From an uncultured Cohaesibacter sp. (lineage in GTDB: Bacteria > Pseudomonadota > Alphaproteobacteria > Rhizobiales > Cohaesibacteraceae): a stretch of DNA of 64,000 nucleotides. Position 1 is the stretch's first letter. Each line of letters starts with the position of its first letter. Below are positions 29,905-40,078 of this stretch, piece by piece. The stretch is taken from the NCBI GenBank assembly GCA_963676965.2, contig CAXXSO010000032.1:34199-98198 (forward strand), given 5' to 3'. The notes below the pieces were generated by a model. That model was given only the letters and a program-made list of their open reading frames with translations. It had not been told where the DNA came from and searched no databases. The position numbers were made by a program, and so were the translations under genes.

Positions 29905-30942
29905 ATGACTACCACGAGACGTAATTTCTTGAAGACAGCTGCAATCGGTGCGGCTGCCGCGCCTCTGGCGGCACCGGCTATCGCCAGCAGCACCATCAAA
30001 TGGCGCATGCAGACCTATGCTGGTCCTGCATTGGCCGCTCACGTGATTGATCCAGCCATCAAGATGTTCAACCAGATTGCTGGCGACCGCATGCAGATCG
30101 AGCTGTTCTATTCCGATCAGTTGGTTCCGACCGGCGAACTGTTCCGCGCCCTGCAGCGCGGCACCATTGATGCGGTTCAGTCCGACGATGATTCCATGGC
30201 GTCACCAACCGACGTGACCGTGTTCGGCGGCTATTTCCCATTTGCCTCCCGCTACTCTCTCGACGTGCCTGTGCTGTTCAACCAGTATGGCCTCAATGAG
30301 ATCTGGGATGAGGAATATTCCAAAGTTGGCGTCAAGCACATCTCTGCCGGTTCCTGGGATCCATGCCACTTCGCCACCAAAGATCCAATCAACTCGCTCG
30401 CAGACCTTAAGGGCAAACGCGTCTTCACCTTCCCGACCGCTGGCCGCTTCCTCAGCCAGTTCGGCGTGGTCCCTGTGACCCTGCCATGGGAAGACATCGA
30501 AGTGGCAGTACAGACCGGCGAGCTGGACGGCATTGCATGGTCCGGCATCACCGAAGACTACACCGTTGGTTGGGCAGACGTGACCAACTACTTCCTGACC
30601 AACAACATTTCCGGTGCCTGGGCTGGGTCCTTCTTTGCCAATATGGGCCGCTGGAACGAATTGCCTGAAGATCTCCAGACCTTGTTCCGTGTCTGCTGTG
30701 ATCAGTCCCACTATTACCGTCAGTGGTGGTATTGGGGTGGCGAAGCATCCTTGCGTGTCGATGGCACCAAAATGAAGCTGACCTCGATTCCGGATGCAGA
30801 ATGGGCGCAGGTTGAAGAAGCTGCGGTCAAATTCTGGGACGAAATTGCAGCCGAATCCGAAACCAAGGCCAAGGTTGTTGAAATCATCAAGAAATACAAC
30901 GCCGACATGCAGAAAGCCGGCCGTCCTTATCGTTACACCTGA
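29905..30942 (+). CDS. TRAP substrate-binding protein with Tat signal
   Basis: TRRNFLK twin-arginine signal, WRMQT and QTGELDG. Confidence 0.92.
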   Translation: MTTTRRNFLKTAAIGAAAAPLAAPAIASSTIKWRMQTYAGPALAAHVIDPAIKMFNQIAGDRMQIELFYSDQLVPTGELFRALQRGTIDAVQSDDDSMASPTDVTVFGGYFPFASRYSLDVPVLFNQYGLNEIWDEEYSKVGVKHISAGSWDPCHFATKDPINSLADLKGKRVFTFPTAGRFLSQFGVVPVTLPWEDIEVAVQTGELDGIAWSGITEDYTVGWADVTNYFLTNNISGAWAGSFFANMGRWNELPEDLQTLFRVCCDQSHYYRQWWYWGGEASLRVDGTKMKLTSIPDAEWAQVEEAAVKFWDEIAAESETKAKVVEIIKKYNADMQKAGRPYRYT

Positions 30943-30950
30943 TGAGTGTC

Positions 30951-30976
30951 ACCGGAGGCGGTCCGCCGCCTCCGGT
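30951..30976 (+). other. Intercistronic stem-loop after the TRAP SBP gene (mRNA stability or partial termination)
   Basis: Perfect 11-bp stem ACCGGAGGCGG-TCCG-CCGCCTCCGGT. Confidence 0.6.
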
Positions 30977-30996
30977 TCCCTTTTGGAAAGCACGCC

Positions 30997-32346
30997 ATGA
31001 CCTTTGAAGAACTGAACCAAGCCATTGTTGGCAAAAGCATCGATACCGTTCTGGTTTGCATGGTCGACATGCAGGGCCGCCTTATGGGCAAGCGCTTCCA
31101 TGCAGAGGCCTTTCTCGACATTGCTCAGGACGAAACCCATTGCTGCAACTATCTGCTCGCCACCGATCTGGACATGGCGACCCCGGATGGTTATCGCTCG
31201 ACGAGCTGGCAAAGCGGTTATGGTGACTATGTGATGAAACCGGACCTTAGCACCATCCGCCCGATGCCGTGGCTGGAAGGCACCGCCATGGTGATGTGTG
31301 ACGTGATCGATCATCACAGCCACGAACCGGTATCCCATGCCCCGCGTGCAATGCTTAAAAAACAGATCGCCCGCGCCAAAGCCCTCGGCTTTGATGCTGT
31401 GATGGCGACCGAGCTAGAATTTTTCCTCTTCAACGGCACCCATGACGAGATTGCCCGCAATGGCTTCAAGCTGGAGACAATCTCGAACTATAACGAGGAT
31501 TATCACATCTTCCAGACCTCCAAGGAAGAGTTTGTGATGCGCCCGATCCGCAATCACTTGCGCGAAATGGGCATCCCGATCGAAGGCTCGAAAGGCGAAG
31601 CCGAAGCCGGTCAGGAAGAGCTGAATATCAAATATGCAGACGCTCTGGCGACCGCCGATCACCACACCATTGCCAAACATGGCATCAAGGAAATTGCCCA
31701 TCAGCACGGGGTGGCTGCCAGTTTCCTGCCCAAATGGCATCAGGATCGCGTCGGTAGCGCCTCCCACGTCCACCAGTCGATCTGGAAAGAGGGTGCAAAT
31801 GCCTTCTATGATCCCTCAAAACCGCTCGCCAAGTCCGAATTGATGGATCATTATATGGCGGGGCTAATCAAATATGCCTCCGACTATACCTATTTTCTGG
31901 CACCCTATATCAACAGTTACAAGCGCTTTGCCAAGGGCACCTTTGCGCCGACCCAAATTGTCTGGTCCGTCGACAACCGCACCGCAGCCTTCCGTCTGTG
32001 TGGCGATGGCACCAAAGGCGTGCGGGTGGAATGTCGCACACCGGGCGCCGACATGAACCCCTATCTCGGCATCGCCGCCATGTTGGCTGCGGGCCTTAAG
32101 GGGATCGAGGAAAAGCTGGAGCTGCCCGCCCCCTTCACGGGCGACGCCTACTCCGATGATGAAACCCATCACATCCCGCGCACCCTGCGGGATGCCCGCG
32201 ATAGCATGATGCAATCGGCCATGCTGCGCGAAGCGATGGGTGACGAGGTGATCGATCATTATGCCCGTGCGGCAGAATGGGAAATCGAAGAATTCAACCG
32301 GGTTGTAACCGACTATGAAATAGCGCGCGGTTTTGAGAAAGCCTGA
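30997..32346 (+). CDS. Glutamine synthetase-like gamma-glutamyl-amine ligase
   Basis: DMQGRLMGKR, ELEF, GQEE, HVHQS, NSYKRF, DNRT and RVECR; catabolic context. Confidence 0.9.
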   Translation: MTFEELNQAIVGKSIDTVLVCMVDMQGRLMGKRFHAEAFLDIAQDETHCCNYLLATDLDMATPDGYRSTSWQSGYGDYVMKPDLSTIRPMPWLEGTAMVMCDVIDHHSHEPVSHAPRAMLKKQIARAKALGFDAVMATELEFFLFNGTHDEIARNGFKLETISNYNEDYHIFQTSKEEFVMRPIRNHLREMGIPIEGSKGEAEAGQEELNIKYADALATADHHTIAKHGIKEIAHQHGVAASFLPKWHQDRVGSASHVHQSIWKEGANAFYDPSKPLAKSELMDHYMAGLIKYASDYTYFLAPYINSYKRFAKGTFAPTQIVWSVDNRTAAFRLCGDGTKGVRVECRTPGADMNPYLGIAAMLAAGLKGIEEKLELPAPFTGDAYSDDETHHIPRTLRDARDSMMQSAMLREAMGDEVIDHYARAAEWEIEEFNRVVTDYEIARGFEKA

Positions 32347-32373
32347 CCGGCGCACCAGTCAAGGACGTAAAGA

Positions 32374-33753
32374 ATGAAGATGCTGACCTGTATCTCGCCA
32401 ATCGATGGATCGGTCTTTGCTGAAAGACCTGCCCTATCGTTAGAGGCAGCAAAAGAGGCCGCAGACAAGGCCCGTACAGCCCAGAAAGAATGGGCTGCAC
32501 GCCCATTGAGCGAACGCATCGCACTTGTGATGGCCGGTGTCGCCAAAGTGGGCGAGATGAATGACGTGATCGTGCCGGAGCTGGCCGGAATGATGGGCCG
32601 ACCGGTCCGCTATGGCGGTGAGTTTGGTGGCTTCAACGAACGCGCCTCCCATATGGCAGCCATTGCCCAAGAGGCTTTGGCGGATATCGAAGTTGGCGAA
32701 GATGCCACATTCAAACGCTTCATCAAGCGCATCCCGCACGGGGTCGTCTTCGTGGTTGCGCCATGGAATTATCCTTACATGACCGCCATCAACACCGTCG
32801 CCCCGGCGCTGATCGCGGGCAACACGGTGATGCTCAAGCATGCCACCCAGACCCTGCTGGTCGGCGAGCGGATGGCCGAAGCCTTCCATGCTGCAGGCGT
32901 GCCGCAGGACGTGTTCCAGAATGTCTTCCTTGACCATGGAACCACCTCGACCCTGATTGCCGACAATGCATTCGATTTCATCAATTTCACCGGCTCCGTT
33001 GGCGGTGGTGTTGCGATGGAAAAGGCAGCCGCAGGCACCTTCACCGGTGTCGGCACCGAGCTGGGCGGCAAGGATCCCGGCTATGTGATGGAAGATGCGG
33101 ATCTTGACGCCGCAGTCGACACCTTGATCGATGGTGCGATGTTCAATTCCGGCCAATGCTGCTGCGGCATCGAGCGCATCTATGTCCATGAGAGCCTCTA
33201 TGACGCTTTCCTTGAGAAAGCCATTGCCATCGTCAAGGGCTACAAGCTCGGCAACCCGCTCGACGCAAACACGACCATGGGACCGATGGCCAATGTGCGC
33301 TTTGCCAATGAGGTCCGCGCCCAGATCGCCGAGGCGCTGGACGCCGGTGCTGTGGCCCACATCGACACCTTCGCCGAAGATGACGGCGGTGCCTATCTCA
33401 CGCCGCAAATCCTGACCAATGTCACCCATGACATGCGGGTGATGCGTGAAGAGAGCTTTGGCCCGGTCGTTGGCATCATGAAGGTCAAGGACGATGCTGA
33501 AGCCATTGCCCTGATGAATGACAGCGATTTCGGCCTCACGGCCAGCCTCTGGACCAAGGATGTCGATCGCGCCATTGCGGTGGGTGACCAGATCGAAACC
33601 GGCACCGTCTTCATGAACCGCGCCGACTATCTCGACCCTGGCCTGTGCTGGACAGGCTGCAAACAGACCGGCCGCGGTGGTGGTCTGTCGATCATCGGCT
33701 TCCACAACCTGACCCGTCCAAAATCTTATCATCTCAAGAAGGTGACAAAATGA
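32374..33753 (+). CDS. Aldehyde dehydrogenase
   Basis: PWNYP, FTGS, ELGGKD, NSGQCC and EESFGP. Confidence 0.95.
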   Translation: MKMLTCISPIDGSVFAERPALSLEAAKEAADKARTAQKEWAARPLSERIALVMAGVAKVGEMNDVIVPELAGMMGRPVRYGGEFGGFNERASHMAAIAQEALADIEVGEDATFKRFIKRIPHGVVFVVAPWNYPYMTAINTVAPALIAGNTVMLKHATQTLLVGERMAEAFHAAGVPQDVFQNVFLDHGTTSTLIADNAFDFINFTGSVGGGVAMEKAAAGTFTGVGTELGGKDPGYVMEDADLDAAVDTLIDGAMFNSGQCCCGIERIYVHESLYDAFLEKAIAIVKGYKLGNPLDANTTMGPMANVRFANEVRAQIAEALDAGAVAHIDTFAEDDGGAYLTPQILTNVTHDMRVMREESFGPVVGIMKVKDDAEAIALMNDSDFGLTASLWTKDVDRAIAVGDQIETGTVFMNRADYLDPGLCWTGCKQTGRGGGLSIIGFHNLTRPKSYHLKKVTK

Positions 33754-34895
33754 ATCTCGTAGGAAACTGGAATTACCCGACCGCCATCAAATTCGGTGCG
33801 GGTCGTATTGCGGAATTGGGCGCCGCCTGCGCGCAGGCGGGCATCACCAAGCCTCTGCTGGTCACCGACCGGGGCCTTGCCTCTTTGCCTGTCACCCAGT
33901 CCATACTCGATGTGATGGAAGCAGCAGGCCTTGGCCGTGCTATCTTCAGCGAGGTGGACCCGAACCCGAACGAGACAAATCTCGATGCCGGTGTCGCCGC
34001 CTACAAAGCGGGTGGTCATGATGGTGTCATTGCCTTTGGCGGTGGCTCGGGCCTTGATTTGGCCAAGATGGTTGCCTTCATGGCTGGCCAAACCCGCCCG
34101 ATTTGGGACTTTGAAGATATCGGTGACTGGTGGACCCGCGCCGACGCTGACGCCATCGCGCCCATCGTCGCCGTTCCAACCACGGCGGGCACCGGATCTG
34201 AGGTTGGCCGCGCCAGCGTCATCACCAATTCCCAAACCCACGAGAAGAAGATTATCTTCCATCCAAAGGTCCTGCCGACAATCGTCATTTGCGATCCGGA
34301 ATTGACCGTTGGCATGCCACCAGCGATCACTGCAGGCACCGGCCTTGATGCCTTTGCCCATTGTGTGGAAGCCTTCTCCTCGCCTTTCTATCATCCGATG
34401 AGCCAGGGCATAGCCCTTGAAGGCATGCGCCTTGTGGTCGAAAACCTGCCGCGTGCCTATAAGGACGGCTCCGACATCGAGGCCCGCGCCCACATGATGT
34501 CAGCCGCCGCCATGGGTGCCACTGCCTTCCAGAAGGGTCTTGGCGCCATTCATGCGCTAAGCCATCCGCTGGGTGCGATGTATCACACCCATCACGGCAC
34601 CACCAACGCGGTCTGCATGCCAGCGGTGCTGCAATTCAACCGCCCGGCCATCGAAGCCCGCTTCAACACGGTCACCGAATATCTCGGCCTGACCGGCGGC
34701 TTTGACGGCTTCTGCGCCTTTGTTGATGACTTCAATAACAGCTTCAATATTCCAAAACGCATGTCCGGCCTTGGGGTCACCGACCCCGACATCGACAAGC
34801 TGATCGAAGGCGCGCTGAAGGATCCGTCCTGTGGCGGCAACCCGATCGAACTTGATGCGGACAATGTCCGTGGCTTGTTCGAGGCTGTTCTTTGA
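33750..34895 (+). CDS. Iron-containing alcohol dehydrogenase
   Basis: GGGSGLD, PTTAGTGSE, DAFAH, HALSH and HHG; ATG at 33750 overlaps the ALDH stop. Confidence 0.93.
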   Translation: MNLVGNWNYPTAIKFGAGRIAELGAACAQAGITKPLLVTDRGLASLPVTQSILDVMEAAGLGRAIFSEVDPNPNETNLDAGVAAYKAGGHDGVIAFGGGSGLDLAKMVAFMAGQTRPIWDFEDIGDWWTRADADAIAPIVAVPTTAGTGSEVGRASVITNSQTHEKKIIFHPKVLPTIVICDPELTVGMPPAITAGTGLDAFAHCVEAFSSPFYHPMSQGIALEGMRLVVENLPRAYKDGSDIEARAHMMSAAAMGATAFQKGLGAIHALSHPLGAMYHTHHGTTNAVCMPAVLQFNRPAIEARFNTVTEYLGLTGGFDGFCAFVDDFNNSFNIPKRMSGLGVTDPDIDKLIEGALKDPSCGGNPIELDADNVRGLFEAVL

Positions 34896-35321
34896 TCCAT
34901 CCCGGTGGCTAGATCGCCTGACTACGCCCGCTCGCAGTCTCAAACCTGCGAGCGGATCAGGTCAACCAAACACGGCCAGTCAAACACAGGCCAAACACAG
35001 CCAGCCTGCGGCAAAAATCGTCTCCCTCTTGCAGAGAGAGCATTATTTTACAGACGGGCCAAACTGACTCCAACGAATTGATATAGCAAAATAATGTGTT
35101 GGAATCCGGCCCTCATGATATGATAAAGGCGAAAGATCAGTTGTCCCTTGGGACAGGCCTGATCATGGCGGTCAATTGCCGGGCAAAAGGCAACATGCCG
35201 ATCCCTCGATCAATCGCGACATCAGCAACATGAGGAAGCTGAAACCGTCGTGACACAATCGAAATAACGTGAAACAGCGATCCCTCTCGGGGCGCGATCG
35301 TTTCACAAAGCGGAGGAATAA

Positions 35322-35729
35322 ATGTACAAGAAAATTCTGGTTCCCGTCGCCTTCGACGCCGACCATGATCCATCCATGGCTTTGGCAGCTGCCAAGGTGT
35401 TGGCCGATCAGGGCAGCAAGGTCACCCTTATCCATGTGCTCGACGCAGTCCCCGCCTATGTCGCCGCCCAGGTGCCAAAGCAAGTCCGCGTCGAGGCCCG
35501 CGACAAGATCAGGCATGAGCTGAAAAGCAAGGCAGAGATTTTTCCTGATGCCGAAATCGTGGTGATTGATGGCCACCCCGGCACGTCCATTGTCGAATAT
35601 GCTGACGATCACGACATCGACCTGATCGTCGTAGCGTCCCACCGTCCGGGCCTGCAGGATTATTTCCTCGGCTCCACCGCCGCCCGTGTGGTTCGCCATG
35701 CCAATTGCGCGGTGCATGTGACCCGCTAA
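35322..35729 (+). CDS. Universal stress protein
   Basis: MYKKILVPV, DLIVVASH and LGSTAARVVRHA; GGAGG RBS. Confidence 0.93.
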   Translation: MYKKILVPVAFDADHDPSMALAAAKVLADQGSKVTLIHVLDAVPAYVAAQVPKQVRVEARDKIRHELKSKAEIFPDAEIVVIDGHPGTSIVEYADDHDIDLIVVASHRPGLQDYFLGSTAARVVRHANCAVHVTR

Positions 35730-35743
35730 ACGCTCCCATCACG

Positions 35744-35778
35744 AAAAAGCCCTGCCGACTGACGTTGGCAGGGCTTTT
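35744..35778. terminator. Bidirectional intrinsic terminator
   Basis: AAAAAGCCCTGCC...GGCAGGGCTTTT between convergent usp and pyrC. Confidence 0.8.
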
Positions 35779-35803
35779 GTCATTTCATCTGCGCGGCTGC
35801 GGC

Positions 35804-36856
35804 TTATCGCACGGCCTCATGCTGCCAGTGGAGCGGGAAGCCCGGATCGAACACCGTCACGGTCTCGCTCTCAACCGCCACTTTGGTCGGCAGATCAAGC
35901 GGCTCGTCGCTCTTATAGAGGCGAATTTTCTCTTCATTGACCGGCAAGCGATAGAAAGCCGGACCATTGAGCGAAGCAAAAGCTTCAAGCGTGTCAAGCG
36001 CGCCCTCTTGCTCAAACACATGCGCAAGACAACTGATCGTATTGATCGAGGTATAAATCCCCGCGCAGCCACAGGCGCTTTCCTTGGCATGGGTGGGATG
36101 TGGCGCGGAATCAGTCCCGAGGAAAAATTTCCCGTTGCCCGACACCGCTGCCGCCCGCAGAGCCAAACGGTGCTTCTCGCGTTTGGCAACCGGCAGGCAA
36201 TAATAATGCGGCTTGATGCCACCAACCAGATAGGCATTGCGATTGATGATCAGGTGATGGGTGGTGATGGTCGCTGCAGTATTCTCGCCCGCCTCGCTGA
36301 CAAAGGCCACACCATCTTGTGTGGTGATATGCTCCATCACGATCCGCAGATCGGGAAAGCGTGAGCGGATCGGCGACAGGACCCGCTCGATAAACACCGC
36401 CTCGCGGTCAAAAATATCGATATCCGCATCGGTCACTTCCCCATGCACACAGAGTGGCACACCGATCTCGGCCATTTTCTCAAGCACCGGATAGACCTTT
36501 TCGATCGTCCGAACGCCGCTGTCCGAGTTGGTCGTTGCCCCGGCCGGATAGAGTTTCAGCGCCTTGATCAGCCCGTCTTTCACCCCTTGTTCCACATCCG
36601 CCGGATCGGTCGCCTCGGTCAGATAGAGGGTCATCAAAGGCTCGAACCGATGCCCTTTCGGCAAGGCCGCCATGATGCGCTCGCGATAGGCGGTCGCATC
36701 AGCAACGGTTACCACAGGCGGCACCAGATTGGGCATGATGATCGCGCGGGCGAAATTGGCACTGGTATGGGGCAGAACCGCTTGCAGCATGGCACCATCG
36801 CGCAAATGCAGGTGCCAGTCGTCGGGGCGGCGGATCACAATCTCGGCTTGGCTCAC
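35804..36856 (-). CDS. pyrC: Dihydroorotase (E. coli type)
   Basis: [35 protein letters not shown] and GTDSAPH. Start uncertain (GTG at 36856 chosen). Confidence 0.95.
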   Translation of the reverse strand: MSQAEIVIRRPDDWHLHLRDGAMLQAVLPHTSANFARAIIMPNLVPPVVTVADATAYRERIMAALPKGHRFEPLMTLYLTEATDPADVEQGVKDGLIKALKLYPAGATTNSDSGVRTIEKVYPVLEKMAEIGVPLCVHGEVTDADIDIFDREAVFIERVLSPIRSRFPDLRIVMEHITTQDGVAFVSEAGENTAATITTHHLIINRNAYLVGGIKPHYYCLPVAKREKHRLALRAAAVSGNGKFFLGTDSAPHPTHAKESACGCAGIYTSINTISCLAHVFEQEGALDTLEAFASLNGPAFYRLPVNEEKIRLYKSDEPLDLPTKVAVESETVTVFDPGFPLHWQHEAVR

Positions 36857-37061
36857 GGAAAGAAACTCCATCCTCTTGGCAACCATGTGCGCATGCGCAA
36901 GCGGCTGCTGGTCTTTCAACGGTCTCAGGTCCGTTTGGTTTTGGATCGCGCAGGATTGGCGCAGCCTTCCAAAAGGAGACGGGCCTTGTTTGGTCCCTCT
37001 TTACCAGCAATCGGATCAGAAATCTCTAGGTCATGTTGACGAAATCCAAATCCGCTGCGGC

Positions 37062-37871
37062 TCAGCGATAAATCTGGTCTTCACTCGGGAAGGTGCGATT
37101 TTTCACCTCGTCCGCATAGTTTTTGACCGCTTGGTCGATCTGCTCACCCAGATTGCCATAGACCTTGACGAATTTTGGCGGCTTGGGATTGAAACCAAGC
37201 ATGTCTTCCAACACCAGAATCTGCCCGTCGCAGACCGCCGATGCCCCGATGCCGATGGTCGGAATGGCCACTTGACGGGTGATTTCAGCTGCCAGCGGCT
37301 CAACCATACCTTCGAGCACCAGCGCGAAAGCCCCCGCTTCAGTCACAGCACGGGCATCTTCGAAATGCTGCTCCCAATCGGCTTCCTGCCGCCCTTGGGT
37401 CTTAAAGCCCCCCATCGTGTGCACCGATTGCGGCGTCAGGCCGATATGAGCCATCACCGGAATGCCCCGCTCGGTCAGGAACCGGATCGTCTCGGCCATC
37501 CGCGCGCCACCTTCCAGCTTCACCGCTCCGCACTGGGTTTCCTTCATGATATGGGCCGCATTGCGAAAGGCCACCGACGGGCTTTCCTCATAGCTGCCAA
37601 ATGGCATATCAACCACCACCAGAGCCTTCTCAGTACCACGCACCACCGCCTTGCCATGCATGATCATCAGCTCCAGCGACACGCCAACGGTCGATTCCAT
37701 CCCATGCATCACCATCCCCAGACTGTCGCCAACCAGGATGAAATCTGCATATTGATCAACAATCGCCGCCGTATGAGCGTGATAGGAGGTAAGGGATACA
37801 ATCGGGTCACCGCCCTTGCGGGCTGCAATCTGTGGCACAGTGATGCGGCGAACCTGTTTTTGGGCGCTCAT
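37062..37871 (-). CDS. panB: 3-methyl-2-oxobutanoate hydroxymethyltransferase
   Basis: [28 protein letters not shown] and CDGQILV. Confidence 0.97.
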   Translation of the reverse strand: MSAQKQVRRITVPQIAARKGGDPIVSLTSYHAHTAAIVDQYADFILVGDSLGMVMHGMESTVGVSLELMIMHGKAVVRGTEKALVVVDMPFGSYEESPSVAFRNAAHIMKETQCGAVKLEGGARMAETIRFLTERGIPVMAHIGLTPQSVHTMGGFKTQGRQEADWEQHFEDARAVTEAGAFALVLEGMVEPLAAEITRQVAIPTIGIGASAVCDGQILVLEDMLGFNPKPPKFVKVYGNLGEQIDQAVKNYADEVKNRTFPSEDQIYR

Positions 37872-37916
37872 GACATGTCCTTTCGGATTTTGGATTGGGG
37901 AACGAGAGCCTGAGGC

Positions 37917-38765
37917 TCAATCGGGATAAACCACCTGTTGATCGATCAGCATGACCGAACCAAACTGAACCGCGAGCAAAATGACAGCCGCGCCCTTGAG
38001 CAACCCCTTCAAAGGGTCCAGCGAGCGGGCATCGCGTATGTCGACGCTTTTAACAACCCCGTCCGGGGCTTCAGCCAACACCGCGCAGATAGCATCACGC
38101 AACTCTTCGACTGTTGGTTCATCGTCCATCATCGTTGCCGCTGTTTGCAGGGCGCGGGACAGAGCCACCGCCTGTGACCGGTGGGAGGGCAACAGCCGCA
38201 CATTGCGTGACGACATGGCCAAACCGTCCGCCTCGCGCACCGTCGGATGACCAATAATCTCCACCGGCACATCGAGATCGCGGACCATCTGCCGGATCAC
38301 CGTCAATTGCTGATAGTCCTTCTCGCCAAACACTGCGATATCCGGCGTGACAATATTGAACAGCTTGGTCACCACCGTGGTCACACCACGGAAATGCCCC
38401 GGCCGCAACGCACCCTGCAAAATGCCCGACAACCCCGGCACCTCGACCAGACTATCCCCCATTGAAGCGTACATTTCCGCGACATCGGGCATCAGGACCG
38501 CATCCACCCCCTCAGCCTCCAGCAAGGCCAGATCGCGGGCTTCGTCACGCGGATAGCTGTCCAGATCTTCATTTGGGCCAAATTGGGTCGGATTGACAAA
38601 GATTGACACCACCACCCGGTCCGCCTTGCCCCTCGCCATACGCACAAGCGACAAATGCCCCTCATGCAAATATCCCATGGTCGGAACGAGGCCCACCAGC
38701 AGCCCCTCTTGGCGCCAATTGCGCGCAAGCGTCCTAATCTCGGCCTTCGTACGGCAGATCTGCAT
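37917..38765 (-). CDS. panC: Pantoate--beta-alanine ligase
   Basis: PTMGYLHEGH, IFVNPTQF, RPGHF, FGEKDYQQ and LAMSSRN. Confidence 0.97.
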   Translation of the reverse strand: MQICRTKAEIRTLARNWRQEGLLVGLVPTMGYLHEGHLSLVRMARGKADRVVVSIFVNPTQFGPNEDLDSYPRDEARDLALLEAEGVDAVLMPDVAEMYASMGDSLVEVPGLSGILQGALRPGHFRGVTTVVTKLFNIVTPDIAVFGEKDYQQLTVIRQMVRDLDVPVEIIGHPTVREADGLAMSSRNVRLLPSHRSQAVALSRALQTAATMMDDEPTVEELRDAICAVLAEAPDGVVKSVDIRDARSLDPLKGLLKGAAVILLAVQFGSVMLIDQQVVYPD

Positions 38766-39046
38766 ATGCGTCCTTCCGGCTCCTTCACAGCCCTTCGGTT
38801 CGGCAAGGTCCGCTCACCAGACCGGCCAATTGAGTGGCCGCAACATATCGATCAAGGCAGGTGATTTCCAGCCTTAACCACTAAAACCAGACTGCCCCTT
38901 TGTATAAGAGAGAGAAAAGGCAAGCAAAAACAACCATTCAGCTGTTAGCTATTTGAGAAAATTACAATGATTAGACGATTTAGCATGACGACAGCATAAG
39001 CAAGTCTTGCCATAATGCAATCTGGTCTAAGCCGCAAATAGAAAAG

Positions 39047-40078
39047 CTAGAGCACCACAACCCCACCAATCAGATTGTGTTCAGCCAAACGCTTCCAGAG
39101 TGCCTCTTCCTCACTCGGCACGTCCTTGAAGGATGCGATGGCTTCGGCAATCTGCGCCTCAAGCAACCGGCGGGCTTTTTCCGCCTGCGCCACCGTGATG
39201 GAAGCAAAGCTCAGCGCGCTGCCCGGTTTCATTCGACCGAGACGCGGCAAGTCGGCACTCGCCACACAGCCAATTTTCGGATAACCGCCCGTCGTCTGAT
39301 GATCGGCCAGCAGTACAATCGGCAGGCCATTGCCCGGCACCTGAATGGCTCCAGTGACAATGCCATCGGAATTGATGTCCGCGCCCTTTTGATGCTCCAC
39401 CGGCACCCCTTCGAGCCGCGCACCCATGCGATTGGAATCGCCCGATATCGTGAAGCTTTCCGAGAAGAAGGTCTTCAGGCCCGATTTGCTGAAATAGTCC
39501 TTTTGTGGCCCCGGCACCACCCGGATTGGATCGGCACTGTCGAGCACGATTGGCACTTCACAGAGTAGCTCCCGCCGCTCGGGTGCAACCTCCAACACCA
39601 GAGGCACATGATCCCCGGCCTGCAAGCCCCGACCCTCAAAGCCGCCAAAGCCACCAGACATATAAGTTGATTGACTGGCATAAATGTCGGGCACATCAAA
39701 GCCGCCCTCCACGGCCAGATAAGCAACCGCTGTATCTGCCGTCACACCGATGCGAAACAGTGCACCCTTGGTCAAGGTCACGGACTGATAGGCAGGAATG
39801 CGCTTGGCCACAGGCTCCAACTGCTCGATGACAGCTTGCGTGCCCGCCAGCGCGACCCGCACGCTTTTGGCCAACACCCGAATGGTTGGCCCCATGATGC
39901 GAAATTCCAGCGCCCCCTGTCCCGCTTCATTGCCAACCAGACAATTGACAAGGCGCAGATTGACAAAATCGAGCGCCCCTGAGGTCGGCACACCCTTGGC
40001 CTGATACCCAAACCGCCCCAGATCCTGGATCGAGGCCATCATGCCCGGATTGACGATTTCCAACATGGCACTGGTCAT
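39047..40078 (-). CDS. pxpC: 5-oxoprolinase subunit C (biotin-dependent carboxyltransferase-like)
   Basis: QDLGRFG, SNRMG, GAIQVP and QTTGGYPKI. Confidence 0.9.
   Translation of the reverse strand: MTSAMLEIVNPGMMASIQDLGRFGYQAKGVPTSGALDFVNLRLVNCLVGNEAGQGALEFRIMGPTIRVLAKSVRVALAGTQAVIEQLEPVAKRIPAYQSVTLTKGALFRIGVTADTAVAYLAVEGGFDVPDIYASQSTYMSGGFGGFEGRGLQAGDHVPLVLEVAPERRELLCEVPIVLDSADPIRVVPGPQKDYFSKSGLKTFFSESFTISGDSNRMGARLEGVPVEHQKGADINSDGIVTGAIQVPGNGLPIVLLADHQTTGGYPKIGCVASADLPRLGRMKPGSALSFASITVAQAEKARRLLEAQIAEAIASFKDVPSEEEALWKRLAEHNLIGGVVVL

Noticed and set aside
30997-32346. Calling this gene glnA
   Set aside because: The TRAP/ALDH/ADH/hydrolase context indicates a gamma-glutamyl-amine ligase rather than ammonia-assimilating glutamine synthetase.
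35070-35320. FNR/FixK box or RNA thermometer upstream of usp
   Set aside because: Only half-site matches to TTGAT-N4-ATCAA, and the nearby GTGAAAC...GTTTCAC hairpin does not cover the RBS.
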